Below, one piece after another: positions 8,161 to 15,640 of a DNA stretch of 64,000 bases. The stretch covers positions 16,173 to 80,172 of the forward strand of contig MHTK01000005.1 in assembly GCA_001824825.1 (NCBI GenBank). Direction: 5' to 3'. The notes under the pieces were generated by a model, which did not search any database, was not told the DNA's origin, and saw only the letters and a list, made by a program, of their open reading frames with translations. The position numbers were made by a program, and so were the translations under genes. This DNA comes from Candidatus Vogelbacteria bacterium RIFOXYD1_FULL_46_19. Lineage in GTDB: Bacteria; Patescibacteriota; Minisyncoccia; Phycocordibacterales; XYD1-FULL-46-19. Numbering within the stretch: the stretch's first letter is position 1; each line of letters starts with the position of its first letter.

Positions 8161-8610
8161 ATGTCACGATTATTGAAACTTTACATCACCACAGGGTTAG
8201 TCACGGCCGTTACGGTGGGGCTAGGGCTAGCGGCGTATCACTTTTTTTGGTTCTGGCATTTCTGGTGGTTTGATGTTTTGCTTCATCTCTTAGCTGGATT
8301 ATCGATAGGTTTGATTAGTTTGTCGGTCTACGTCCTGGTCAATAGGTTAAAGGGAGACAATTTGAGAGATTTAAAATATATCTTGTCTGTCACTATTATA
8401 GCAGTAGCTGTGACGGGTATTATTTGGGAATTATTAGAGTTTCAAATTGATCAGTCTTGGGCGACTCGTATTTCTATTAAGCAACTAGTTGTCCTGCAGA
8501 TTGGTTTTTGGGATACGATTGGTGACTTAGTCTGGGATTTATTAGGGGCGGTACTGGCTGGATTAATATTTTACCATCAGAGCCCGAGGCTTAATCGGTT
8601 GGATAATTAA
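8161..8610 (+). CDS. Hypothetical polytopic membrane protein
   Basis: A 149-aa protein with four predicted TM helices and an aromatic-rich N-terminus (HFFWFWHFWWF). No family could be assigned. Confidence 0.5.
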   Translation: MSRLLKLYITTGLVTAVTVGLGLAAYHFFWFWHFWWFDVLLHLLAGLSIGLISLSVYVLVNRLKGDNLRDLKYILSVTIIAVAVTGIIWELLEFQIDQSWATRISIKQLVVLQIGFWDTIGDLVWDLLGAVLAGLIFYHQSPRLNRLDN

Positions 8611-8621
8611 TTAGACTTTCT

Positions 8622-9998
8622 ATGAAACCTAAAGCAACGATTACTTTTTATGGCGGGGCTGGCTCGGTGACCGGAGCCAATTTTTTACTAGAAACAGAAT
8701 CAAACGGAAGTTCAGAGCGGATTTTGATTGATTGCGGGTTGATTCAGGGTGGGGCTATTTATGAAAAGTTAAACTTTGAGCCTTTTGCTTACGATCCGGG
8801 GAGCATTGATGCTGTATTCATTACTCACGGTCACCTCGACCACGTGGGTCGAATTGGTAAGCTGATCCAGGATGGTTTTAAGGGTAAGATTTACTCTACA
8901 CCACCCACTAAGGAAATTGCCGAACTGATTATGCTGGATAGCTTGGGGGTGATGGAAAAAGAGTTGCGGGGCTCCGATCGACCCCCGCTATATGATGAAT
9001 CTGATGTGGCGACCGCGATGGGCATGTGGGAAACCGCACCCTATCACGAGCCGGTTACAGTGGGTGGGGTGCAAGCGGTGTTTCGGGATGCCGGGCACGT
9101 TTTAGGGTCAGCGATGATAGAATTTACAGTGGCCGGGCGGAAAATTTTGTTTTCCGGGGACCTGGGTAATTCACCGGCGCCGCTTCTACCGCCGACGGAA
9201 AAAATTACGGATATTGATTACTTGCTGATGGAAAGTGTTTATGGCGACCGCAATCACGAGCAAAATGAAGAGCGGTTACACCTATTACGAGGCGTGATTA
9301 AAGATACGATGAATAAAGGGGGGACGCTGATGATCCCAGCTTTTTCGGTGGAGCGAACTCAACAACTGTTGTTTGAAATTGAAAATATGATGGAAAGATC
9401 TGAAATATCCTTGGTGCCGGTGTTTGTCGACTCGCCACTGGCCATTAAAGTGACGCGGATCTATAAAAAGTACTACTATTATTTTAATAGTAATGTGCGG
9501 GAGGTTCACCGACTAGGGGACGGAGTATTTCATTTTCCCCAGCTTCATTTCACTGAAAGTACAGAGTTATCCAAAGCTATTAAGTATCAGAGTCCGCGCA
9601 AGATTGTGATCGCTGGCTCGGGTATGTCCAACGGGGGGCGTATTTTACATCACGAAAAAGAGTATTTACCCGATCCTAATAGCACCTTACTGCTCGCTGG
9701 TTACCAGGCGGTGGGTAGTTTGGGCCGTATTTTGCAGGATGGGGCCAAGAAAGTAAAAATTATGGGTACTTGGGTGCCGGTGCGAGCCACAGTAGTGACT
9801 ATTACCGGTTTTTCCGCCCACAAGGGATCGGATGATCTAGTGGAGTTTGTGGCTGATAGCGAGCGAACCCTTAAAAAAGTGATGGTGGCGATGGGTGAAC
9901 CGAAGTCATCGTTGTTTTTAGTCCAGCGTTTGCGAGGTGAGTTGGGGCTTCAGGCAGTGGCCCCAACAGGTGGCGAGAAAATTGTGTTGGAGTTGTAG
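8622..9998 (+). CDS. Metallo-beta-lactamase-fold hydrolase, beta-CASP/RNA-metabolising type (RNase J / CPSF-like)
   Basis: HGHLDHVG is the HxHxDH motif. The approximately 450-aa architecture, with a C-terminal domain after the MBL core, is typical of beta-CASP ribonucleases. Confidence 0.65.
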   Translation: MKPKATITFYGGAGSVTGANFLLETESNGSSERILIDCGLIQGGAIYEKLNFEPFAYDPGSIDAVFITHGHLDHVGRIGKLIQDGFKGKIYSTPPTKEIAELIMLDSLGVMEKELRGSDRPPLYDESDVATAMGMWETAPYHEPVTVGGVQAVFRDAGHVLGSAMIEFTVAGRKILFSGDLGNSPAPLLPPTEKITDIDYLLMESVYGDRNHEQNEERLHLLRGVIKDTMNKGGTLMIPAFSVERTQQLLFEIENMMERSEISLVPVFVDSPLAIKVTRIYKKYYYYFNSNVREVHRLGDGVFHFPQLHFTESTELSKAIKYQSPRKIVIAGSGMSNGGRILHHEKEYLPDPNSTLLLAGYQAVGSLGRILQDGAKKVKIMGTWVPVRATVVTITGFSAHKGSDDLVEFVADSERTLKKVMVAMGEPKSSLFLVQRLRGELGLQAVAPTGGEKIVLEL

Positions 9999-10049
9999 GA
10001 GAGGGGGAAAGGGTGTATGAAGTATATAAGTATGTTGTATAGAATATGG

Positions 10050-10087
10050 AAAATCCCCTTTGGTGCGGAAGCACCAAAGGGGATTTT
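10050..10087. terminator. Bidirectional terminator (perfect 17-bp stem aaaatcccctttggtgc / gcaccaaaggggatttt)
   Basis: It lies between the convergent MBL gene (+) and rplT (−). A/T runs on both sides of the stem serve both strands. Confidence 0.7.
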
Positions 10088-10119
10088 ATACACGATACTC
10101 TATACTGTATACAATATAC

Positions 10120-10464
10120 TTATTTTACGTATTCCACGACTTGCTTAAAAGTGTCTGGATTGTTTTCCGCGAGGTCGGCGAGGATCTTGCGATCAAGCTC
10201 GACGTTCTTCTTTTTCAAGAGGCCGATGAGTTGACTGTAAGATAGGCCTAAGGCGCGAACAGCGGCGCCGATTTTAATATTCCACAAGCGACGAAAGTCG
10301 TTTTTCTTATCGCGCCTATGCGCAAAAGCGTGAGTGCCAGCGTGCAGAAAGGCTGTTTTAGCTTCGCGCTTTTTAGTACTGCGGCCGAATCGAAAGCCTT
10401 TGACTCGGGCTAGGATGTTGCGGCGTCTCTTTAATGTAGTTTTTCCTCCTTTAACTCTAGGCAT
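10120..10464 (-). CDS. rplT: 50S ribosomal protein L20
   Basis: MPRVKGGKTTLKRRRNILARVKGFRFGRSTKKREAKTAFLHAGTHAFAHRRDKKNDFRRLWNIKIGAAVR matches L20. Confidence 0.9.
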   Translation of the reverse strand: MPRVKGGKTTLKRRRNILARVKGFRFGRSTKKREAKTAFLHAGTHAFAHRRDKKNDFRRLWNIKIGAAVRALGLSYSQLIGLLKKKNVELDRKILADLAENNPDTFKQVVEYVK

Positions 10465-10475
10465 GATTATTGGGG

Positions 10476-10676
10476 TTAATTACTTCTGGTTTTTTGACCG
10501 CTAAGCATTCGACTGGCAGTTTTGGCACTAATGGCGAAGGTTTTCATCCCTTTGCCGGCCAGCTGGGTGGAACGACTTTCTTTGGCGTTAAAATGGTTCT
10601 TGCCCGGTTTGCGACCAAGCACTTTTTTATTACGTGTCACCTTTAGTCGCTTGGTGAATGATTTGTTAGTTTTCAT
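10476..10676 (-). CDS. rpmI: 50S ribosomal protein L35
   Basis: A 66-aa basic protein (MKTNKSFTKRLKVTRNKKV…) lying between infC and rplT. Confidence 0.85.
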   Translation of the reverse strand: MKTNKSFTKRLKVTRNKKVLGRKPGKNHFNAKESRSTQLAGKGMKTFAISAKTASRMLSGQKTRSN

Positions 10677-10694
10677 ATTATATAAATTGAATGT

Positions 10695-11270
10695 TTAAAC
10701 TGTTGGAGCCGAACTGGTAGGTTTACCTGGAATTTCTTCTCCCTCTTTACTTTTCACACTTTTGTCTCTTTCGACAATGAGATAAGGGCCTTTGGGGCCT
10801 CGTTTGGCCGGTTCGGCAATGCGATAGTCGACCGGGATCAAGCGCAGTAGTCGCTCCAAGCGATCATTTAAAAAGTTTTGGTCAAAGTATTTAGCTCGGC
10901 CTGAGACAAAGAGCTCGATTTTGACGCGGTGACCTTCGGTAAGCCAGGTGCCCGCCCGGCGGGCTTTAAGCTCTAGATCGTGATCCCCGGTGCCAATTTT
11001 TACCTGCAGTGATTTGGTTTCCGTCGATTTGCTGCCGGCCTTAGCGGCCTTAGCTTTACGCTTTTCCATATACTGCCACTTGCCGTAGTCAATGATCTTG
11101 GCAATCGGTGGGTTGGCTTGCGGGGTGATTTCAATTAAATCTAAGCCCAGCTCCTCAGCCTTCTTTAAAGCCTCTTCCTTACTCATGACGCCCAAATTGG
11201 TGCCCTCCTCGTCGATAATTCGGAGTTCTTTGGCAGTAATTTGATGATTTAGGCGGGTGAATTTACTCAA
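10695..11270 (-). CDS. infC: Translation initiation factor IF-3
   Basis: …ELRIIDEEGTNLGVMSKEEALKKAEELGLDLIEI…LQVKIGTGDHDLELKARRA… matches IF-3, at the head of the infC-rpmI-rplT operon. Confidence 0.9.
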   Translation of the reverse strand: MSKFTRLNHQITAKELRIIDEEGTNLGVMSKEEALKKAEELGLDLIEITPQANPPIAKIIDYGKWQYMEKRKAKAAKAGSKSTETKSLQVKIGTGDHDLELKARRAGTWLTEGHRVKIELFVSGRAKYFDQNFLNDRLERLLRLIPVDYRIAEPAKRGPKGPYLIVERDKSVKSKEGEEIPGKPTSSAPTV

Positions 11271-11388
11271 AATTGACTTTATATTAACCCACTGATGACC
11301 GCTCTTAAAGTTTAAGCGCCCGAGTGGATATGCGGGTAATAGTAAACAAAAATAGCCTAAAAGTCAATAAGTCTGTTAGAATAGCTCT

Positions 11389-11835
11389 ATGACTGGCAGT
11401 GTGAGAAATAAAAAGGCCGGCTTTAACTATGAGCTCCTAGAGCGGTATACGGCTGGGGTGAAGCTCTTGGGGACGGAAGTGAAGTCGGTCAAAGGTGGCC
11501 AAGGCTCTCTAGAGGGGGCTTACGTGATCCTCCGAGGGAGGGAGGCTTTTTTGGTGGGGGCCACTATCCCGCCTTTTCAAGGGGGTAATGCTCCTGAGGG
11601 CTACGAGCCGAGCCGTCCTCGCAAGCTCTTACTCCAGAAACGGGAACTCGAAGAGCTGGAAACGGCCTCCCAGACCAAGGGTTTGACAATACTGCCTATT
11701 TCAGTGTATAATAAAGGAAGGCTGGTGAAGGTAGATATTGCCATTGGGCGCGGTAAAAAGAAGTTTGATAAGCGCGAAACCATCAAAAAACGCGATGTCA
11801 AAAGAGACATTGACCGTACATTGAAAAATAGTTAG
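11389..11835 (+). CDS. smpB: SsrA-binding protein SmpB
   Basis: …NKKAGFNYELLERYTAGVKLLGTEVKSVKGG…AYVILRGREAFLVGATIPPF… matches SmpB. The tmRNA gene follows immediately. Confidence 0.9.
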   Translation: MTGSVRNKKAGFNYELLERYTAGVKLLGTEVKSVKGGQGSLEGAYVILRGREAFLVGATIPPFQGGNAPEGYEPSRPRKLLLQKRELEELETASQTKGLTILPISVYNKGRLVKVDIAIGRGKKKFDKRETIKKRDVKRDIDRTLKNS

Positions 11836-11900
11836 AAAGCCCGGTCATTCGGCTAAAGCATATTTACTATCGAACATATTTCTTTCTAAACATGTTTTAG

Positions 11901-12278
11901 GGGGATGATCGGCCTTGCCATTGATATGTTAGTTTATTCGTGCGTCCCGAGGGTGCTGGTCGCCTCGTAAATCACACCGGCAAAACTTAAGTGCAAAAAA
12001 CAGCACTGGTGCGGTGGTTTCACCGTACTCTCCAGCTTTCGCTTTAGCGTAATAAGCTGGTGTCGGACGAGCTTTTTCCTAACTGGCTCGCTCCCGGCAT
12101 AATAACCGTTGGGATAGGCAACTGGACTTGTTTCGCCCAGACGCCGAAACTTAGAAACTTTAACGCTTTGGGATTTTGCTCGTTTTATACCTAAAGCGTC
12201 GAGAACTTAAAACCAGCTACGGATGTAGACTCGCTTAAACCATATCTCTGCACGGGGGTTCGATTCCCCCCATCTCCA
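11901..12278 (+). ncRNA. ssrA: tmRNA (ssrA), standard one-piece; CCA not encoded
   Basis: The 5' acceptor GGGGAUG pairs with the 3' CAUCUCC, followed by discriminator A. The T-arm is GGGGG UUCGAUU CCCCC. An internal tag reading frame GCA AAA AAC … GCU UUA GCG UAA UAA (11993-12055) gives the tag AKNSTGAVVSPYSPAFALA with a double stop. The gene sits immediately downstream of smpB and is about 378 nt long. Confidence 0.85.
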
Positions 12279-12285
12279 CAATTAC

Positions 12286-12319
12286 AAAAATCGCTCACAT
12301 TTATATGTGAGCGATTTTT
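12286..12319 (+). terminator. Intrinsic terminator after ssrA (aaaaatcgctcacat ttat atgtgagcgattttt)
   Basis: A perfect 15-bp stem with a U-tract. It is embedded in a larger palindrome that includes the tmRNA acceptor 3' strand (catctccacaa / ttgtggagatg). Confidence 0.7.
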
Positions 12320-12321
12320 GT

Positions 12322-12560
12322 TTGTGGAGATGAGCAAAGCGCCTGCGCGCTTTGCGTGGGGGAATCGAAAAGGCTGAACATATCGCAGTGAGCCGAGCAC
12401 CAGAGAAGGCATTGGTGCTTGGCGAAACGAGATGTGAAGCCTGTACCGTTCATGTAATGAAAGATTCCCCGGCCGTGGGGGAATCGAAAGACCCCGCCCT
12501 GTGCACAGGGCGGGATTGGGGTAGAGAGATTACCATTGTCTCTACAAACAAAATGCCCTT
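12322..12560. other. Structured non-coding region downstream of ssrA containing two inverted (mirror) copies of the tmRNA 3' end
   Basis: 12324-12370 reads gtggagatg + [agcaaagcgcctgcgcgctttgcgt hairpin] + gggggaatcgaa. This equals the reverse complement of the tmRNA 3' end, gggggttcgattccccccatctccac, with a 23-nt perfect hairpin inserted at the T-stem/acceptor junction. A second copy, gtgggggaatcgaaa, is at 12475-12489. Further hairpins are cgccctgtgcacagggcg and gtagaga…tctctac. Confidence 0.6.
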
Positions 12561-12606
12561 GTAAAACAAGATTTTTTCCTATTGTGGAAGTTCGTTTTAG
12601 GGACTA

Positions 12607-12637
12607 TTGACTTATTTGAATATTATGATATTATATA
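12607..12637 (+). promoter_or_regulatory. Putative promoter TTGACT-16/17-TATTAT/ATTATA for small secreted protein gene
   Basis: ttgact tatttgaatattatgat attata lies about 50 nt upstream of an SD (AAAGGAA) and the ATG at 12686. Confidence 0.4.
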
Positions 12638-12685
12638 AAAGGAGTTTGAAAAGTTTGTTTTTCCAACCACGAAAGGAATGCGACC

Positions 12686-13027
12686 ATGAAGACGATGAAT
12701 ATTTTTATGTTTTTGGTGGCGGTGACATTGATGGCGATTGGTTTTCATTTGGGTTCCATCAGGAACAGTCTCAGTCGGATGTCTGAACAGGAATCCACTC
12801 TGGTCTACGAGGAGGTAGTTGAGGTGGTCGGATTGGCCACTTATCCCTTCGATGGCCTCGGCGCCACGGTGGGCTATCTCGTGAAAAGTCACGATGGCCT
12901 CAAAGTCATTCCCCTCAGCCAAGGATTGATGGGGAAGGAACCGGTTGAAATCGCACGCCCGCAATTTTTGACGGTGTTGCATTCGTCGACGGGCGAAATG
13001 CACTACAACGCTCTTCTCGTTGATTAG
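12686..13027 (+). CDS. Small secreted protein (signal peptide), hypothetical
   Basis: It has its own promoter and SD, and a clean intrinsic terminator directly downstream. The N-terminus MKTMNIFMFLVAVTLMAIGF is signal-peptide-like. The overlapping antisense 161-aa ORF is judged spurious. Confidence 0.55.
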   Translation: MKTMNIFMFLVAVTLMAIGFHLGSIRNSLSRMSEQESTLVYEEVVEVVGLATYPFDGLGATVGYLVKSHDGLKVIPLSQGLMGKEPVEIARPQFLTVLHSSTGEMHYNALLVD

Positions 13028-13046
13028 TCGTCTTGGTTGTCCCCGC

Positions 13047-13088
13047 CCCACTCGAAAGCTTCGCTTTCGAGTGGGGCTTTCTGTTTTT
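13047..13088 (+). terminator. Intrinsic terminator (ccccactcgaaagc ttcg ctttcgagtgggg ctttctgttttt)
   Basis: A perfect 13-bp stem followed by a T-tract. Confidence 0.7.
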
Positions 13089-13093
13089 AATAT

Positions 13094-13135
13094 TGATTCA
13101 ACTCCCACCCACCCTGTGACCCCCCTTAAACTATT
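13094..13135 (+). repeat. Direct repeat copy 1 (tgattcaactcccaccc[acc]ctgtgaccccccttaaactatt)
   Basis: A roughly 40-nt near-identical copy is at 14253-14290. Both copies sit about 15 nt after an intrinsic terminator. Together they flank a 1.1-kb segment of higher GC and different codon usage. Confidence 0.6.
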
Positions 13136-13248
13136 TTACTACCCATAAACCAAGTTATTTTTATCGGATTCAAGCGAACCAGTTAACAAATCTGCGTTAT
13201 TATGGTAGAGATATATAAGAACTACAACCGAGAAGGGGGGTGAAGCTA

Positions 13249-13404
13249 GTGGCAAGAAAGTGCGGAATCAGGAGAAGAACCCGTCTCCGTCGATTGATGA
13301 GAGGTGAGACTGTTCCCACCAAAAAGCAAAGACGAGACCAGAATCGCAGTCGTAGGGATCATCTTAGTATTACTTCAAGTCTTCGGAGTATATACTGGGG
13401 ATGA
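13249..13404 (+). CDS. Candidate small, highly basic protein (51 aa; MARKCGIRRRTRLRRLMRGETVPTKKQRRDQNRSRRDHLSITSSLRSIYWG)
   Basis: A strong SD (GAAGGGGGG) sits 8 nt upstream of the GTG start. It is below the ORF-track size cutoff and has no assignable homology. Confidence 0.25.
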   Translation: MARKCGIRRRTRLRRLMRGETVPTKKQRRDQNRSRRDHLSITSSLRSIYWG

Positions 13405-13599
13405 CTGAGGTCCCGAATCTCGCCTTGTGAAGTTGTGGCTCTTGTAGCGATGCTGGAGCCACTTTTTAGTTCCTAACTGGTGACCCCAAAAAACAAAGCT
13501 ATTGACTAAAGTTGTATATTGTGCTAGGTTCTTAGTCAGAATGGATCATGGTGGTCCGCGTTAGTGTCGTCTGTAAATGAAGCAGAAAGGGGAATTACA

Positions 13600-14166
13600 G
13601 TGGAGAATCTATTGCGTTGGGCCAGTGAGGGAGTCCAGAACTTCCAAAGTGAACAAGTCAATTGGGATGAAATCGTCGATGCGCCGATTGGAGAAGGTGA
13701 AATCGTTATCGGCGAAGTCACTGACCCCGATGTCCAGAAACTCTATGGCTTTCTTGCGAAACATGGCGACGAGATGGCCGAACGGCTCAAAGGCATCCAT
13801 GAGCGGATGCTTACGACCGTGATTCAAGACGACCTTGACCACCAGGACGACGATCCCAACGAAGACGCAAGTCTTCGGCACGCCCGTCATTGCGTTTCTT
13901 GTCGAGCACAAGCCGAGATGCAGACCGAAGAAGCGCGACACCAGCTTCTTCACGACTTGTTCTGGGGAAGCATCTCGACAAGTCTCACGATCGAAGATCG
14001 AGTTCGTGCCAACAAGGGCAACGGACTGGGGCTTCGCCAGGGCTGGAAGATCGTCATCATGAAGGAAAGCGTGGAAGATGAGGCGTCCAAGTCGCTGGGG
14101 AACGCTTTGGGGGGTATCGTTCTGGCGACGCGAATTGCGGGGTTAGGACGTTTCGTAAGTCTCTAA
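13600..14166 (+). CDS. Hypothetical protein, compositionally atypical (GC3-rich codons: gac/gtc/atc/ggc/ctg)
   Basis: The long ORF is 13564..14166. The preferred start is the GTG at 13600, 6 nt after AAAGGGGA. An intrinsic terminator follows. No recognisable motifs. Confidence 0.5.
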   Translation: MENLLRWASEGVQNFQSEQVNWDEIVDAPIGEGEIVIGEVTDPDVQKLYGFLAKHGDEMAERLKGIHERMLTTVIQDDLDHQDDDPNEDASLRHARHCVSCRAQAEMQTEEARHQLLHDLFWGSISTSLTIEDRVRANKGNGLGLRQGWKIVIMKESVEDEASKSLGNALGGIVLATRIAGLGRFVSL

Positions 14167-14191
14167 CCCCTCTCTCTCACTTGATCTACAA

Positions 14192-14230
14192 GCCCCGACG
14201 TCATCAGACGCCGGGGCTTATTTTGTATTT
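14192..14230 (+). terminator. Intrinsic terminator (gccccg acgtcatcagacgc cggggc ttattttgtattt)
   Basis: A GC stem followed by a T-rich tract, directly after the stop at 14166. Confidence 0.6.
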
Positions 14231-14252
14231 CCAATCGCGTTTTCTTTTACTC

Positions 14253-14290
14253 TGATTCAACTCCCACCCTGTGACCTCCTACCACTATTC
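14253..14290 (+). repeat. Direct repeat copy 2 (tgattcaactcccaccctgtgacctcctaccactattc)
   Basis: Matches copy 1 at 13094-13135. It has 17 + 8 exact nucleotides with a 3-nt indel. Confidence 0.6.
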
Positions 14291-14471
14291 AATTACGTAA
14301 AAACAAAGCTTTCCTCTCCACTACCAGCCCCCACAATCGCCGCTCTCGCCTCAAATACCCAGGGAAATAGGTGGTTCCAACTTTTCGTGATTAAGTCCAC
14401 AAAAATAAGAAGCGCGACGACTATATTTTTGTAGGATGCCGAAGTGTACTCACTTTGGCGCCACATCAATA

Positions 14472-14506
14472 ACAAAAACCTGAGAACTAGTTCTCAGGTT
14501 TTTGTT
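14472..14506. terminator. Perfect 15-bp palindromic hairpin with flanking A/T tracts (aaaaacctgagaact agt tctcaggttttt)
   Basis: Bidirectional-terminator geometry, but no confident gene ends at it. It may terminate an unannotated RNA. Confidence 0.45.
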
Positions 14507-14648
14507 ATGCTCAAATTTTTACCACCATTTCCTAACTTTCCGATAAATATCAAACCCAGATATTCATCCTTGAGAGATTGTGTCCACTGTGTTAGGAATT
14601 ATTTTAGAGTCATCCAGGTGTCCCGATTTTTAGAGAGAGGAGTAGTTT

Positions 14649-15152
14649 ATGAGGAAATCAGCGATCTTGTACTTAGCTGGGGGTCTTTTTAACGCCGGTG
14701 AGCGGATTCACAATTTATATCTGGAGGTGGCACTTGGAGTTTTGGGGCATGCAATCGTTTTACCGCAGCGCGAAGCGCTGCGGTTTCAGAATCCCCAGAC
14801 TTGCCTGTTTGACACCGGAGCAATTTCTAGAGATTGTCGTCGGGCCGCCGAAAATCCGAACAGTATTTTGGTGGGTTGTGTGGACGGTCCCGATGTCGAC
14901 AGTGGAACCGCTGTGGAGTATGCCTATGCGATGGCCAAAACCGGTCGAGCAATAATATATCGCACTGATTTTCGTACTAGTCTGGAGCACGAAGTGGGGG
15001 TAAACGCGATGCTCCGGGGGCTTGGTACGGAATTCATCTATTTGCCTTGTTTTATAACCGAGCTTGAAGAGATCGAGCTGTATTACAGGCACTTGGCCAG
15101 GAAAATTGACGAGGCGGCTCAGCGAATTCTGGCTGTGGAGAGAGTTGATTGA
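14649..15152 (+). CDS. Nucleoside 2-deoxyribosyltransferase-like / SLOG-LOG-fold protein
   Basis: YLAGGLFNAGER is an N-terminal motif, and GxVDGPDVDSGTAVEYAYAMAKTGRAII is the characteristic D.GT..E.G.A block of the Nuc_deoxyrib_tr family. GGAG sits 7 nt upstream. Confidence 0.6.
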   Translation: MRKSAILYLAGGLFNAGERIHNLYLEVALGVLGHAIVLPQREALRFQNPQTCLFDTGAISRDCRRAAENPNSILVGCVDGPDVDSGTAVEYAYAMAKTGRAIIYRTDFRTSLEHEVGVNAMLRGLGTEFIYLPCFITELEEIELYYRHLARKIDEAAQRILAVERVD

Positions 15153-15167
15153 TTTCGCCTGGTTGTA

Positions 15168-15205
15168 CCCCGCTGAAACTTTAGTTTCGGCGGGTTTTTA
15201 TATTT
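15168..15205 (+). terminator. Intrinsic terminator (ccccgctgaaact tt agtttcggcggg ttttta)
   Basis: A stem followed by a U-tract, directly after the stop. Confidence 0.6.
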
Positions 15206-15294
15206 TAATTAAACTTCGAACCTTAATTTTTAGTAAAAACTCGGTTTAACCTTGCCTAGAATTACAAGAGGAAAAAACGTATAATCAGATTATT

Positions 15295-15585
15295 ATGATG
15301 CTCAGTAAAAATATTATCCGGCCAGCTTTGTTTACCGCTCTAGTTCTGATTATCCCTTTAGCGGCGATGCAGTTTAGTGAGGAAGTGAACTGGAACTTGG
15401 CTGATTTTGTAATTGGTGGGGTACTGCTATTGGCTGTGGGGTTAGGGTATGAGCTTTTGTTTAAAAAGGTGAAAAAATATAAATATCGCTGGGCTCTCGC
15501 TATTGGTCTCGGCCTACTCTTCATTATGGTGTGGGCGGAGCTGGCGGTGGGTATTTTCAATATTCCAGGTATTTCGGGGAGTTGA
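15295..15585 (+). CDS. Small membrane protein (3 TM), hypothetical
   Basis: A 96-aa hydrophobic ORF with three predicted TM helices. Confidence 0.45.
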   Translation: MMLSKNIIRPALFTALVLIIPLAAMQFSEEVNWNLADFVIGGVLLLAVGLGYELLFKKVKKYKYRWALAIGLGLLFIMVWAELAVGIFNIPGISGS

Positions 15586-15640
15586 GTAAGTTTAATTTCT
15601 GTTTATTATGATCAATATTCTAACTTAAGTTGGAACACTT

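Noticed and set aside
12250-12340. Circularly permuted (two-piece) tmRNA: T-arm/acceptor 3' strand at 12253-12278 followed by GGAGATG at 12326 that could serve as a 5' acceptor strand
   Set aside because: A conventional 5' end (GGGGAUG at 11901) pairs perfectly with CAUCUCC. A typical tag frame with double UAA lies upstream of the T-arm. So a standard one-piece gene explains everything. The downstream GGAGATG is part of the inverted 3'-end copy.
12623-13108. 161-aa ORF on the minus strand
   Set aside because: It is antisense to a well-supported small gene with promoter, SD and terminator. The sequence is low-complexity and Arg/His-rich, with no start context, so it is likely spurious.
13094-14290. 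Integron-type gene cassettes (ORF + attC) suggested by the terminator plus conserved motif after two small genes
   Set aside because: The repeats are direct, not the imperfect R''-L''/L'-R' inverted structure of attC. No GTTRRRY cores and no intI gene are present. They are kept only as an unexplained direct repeat.
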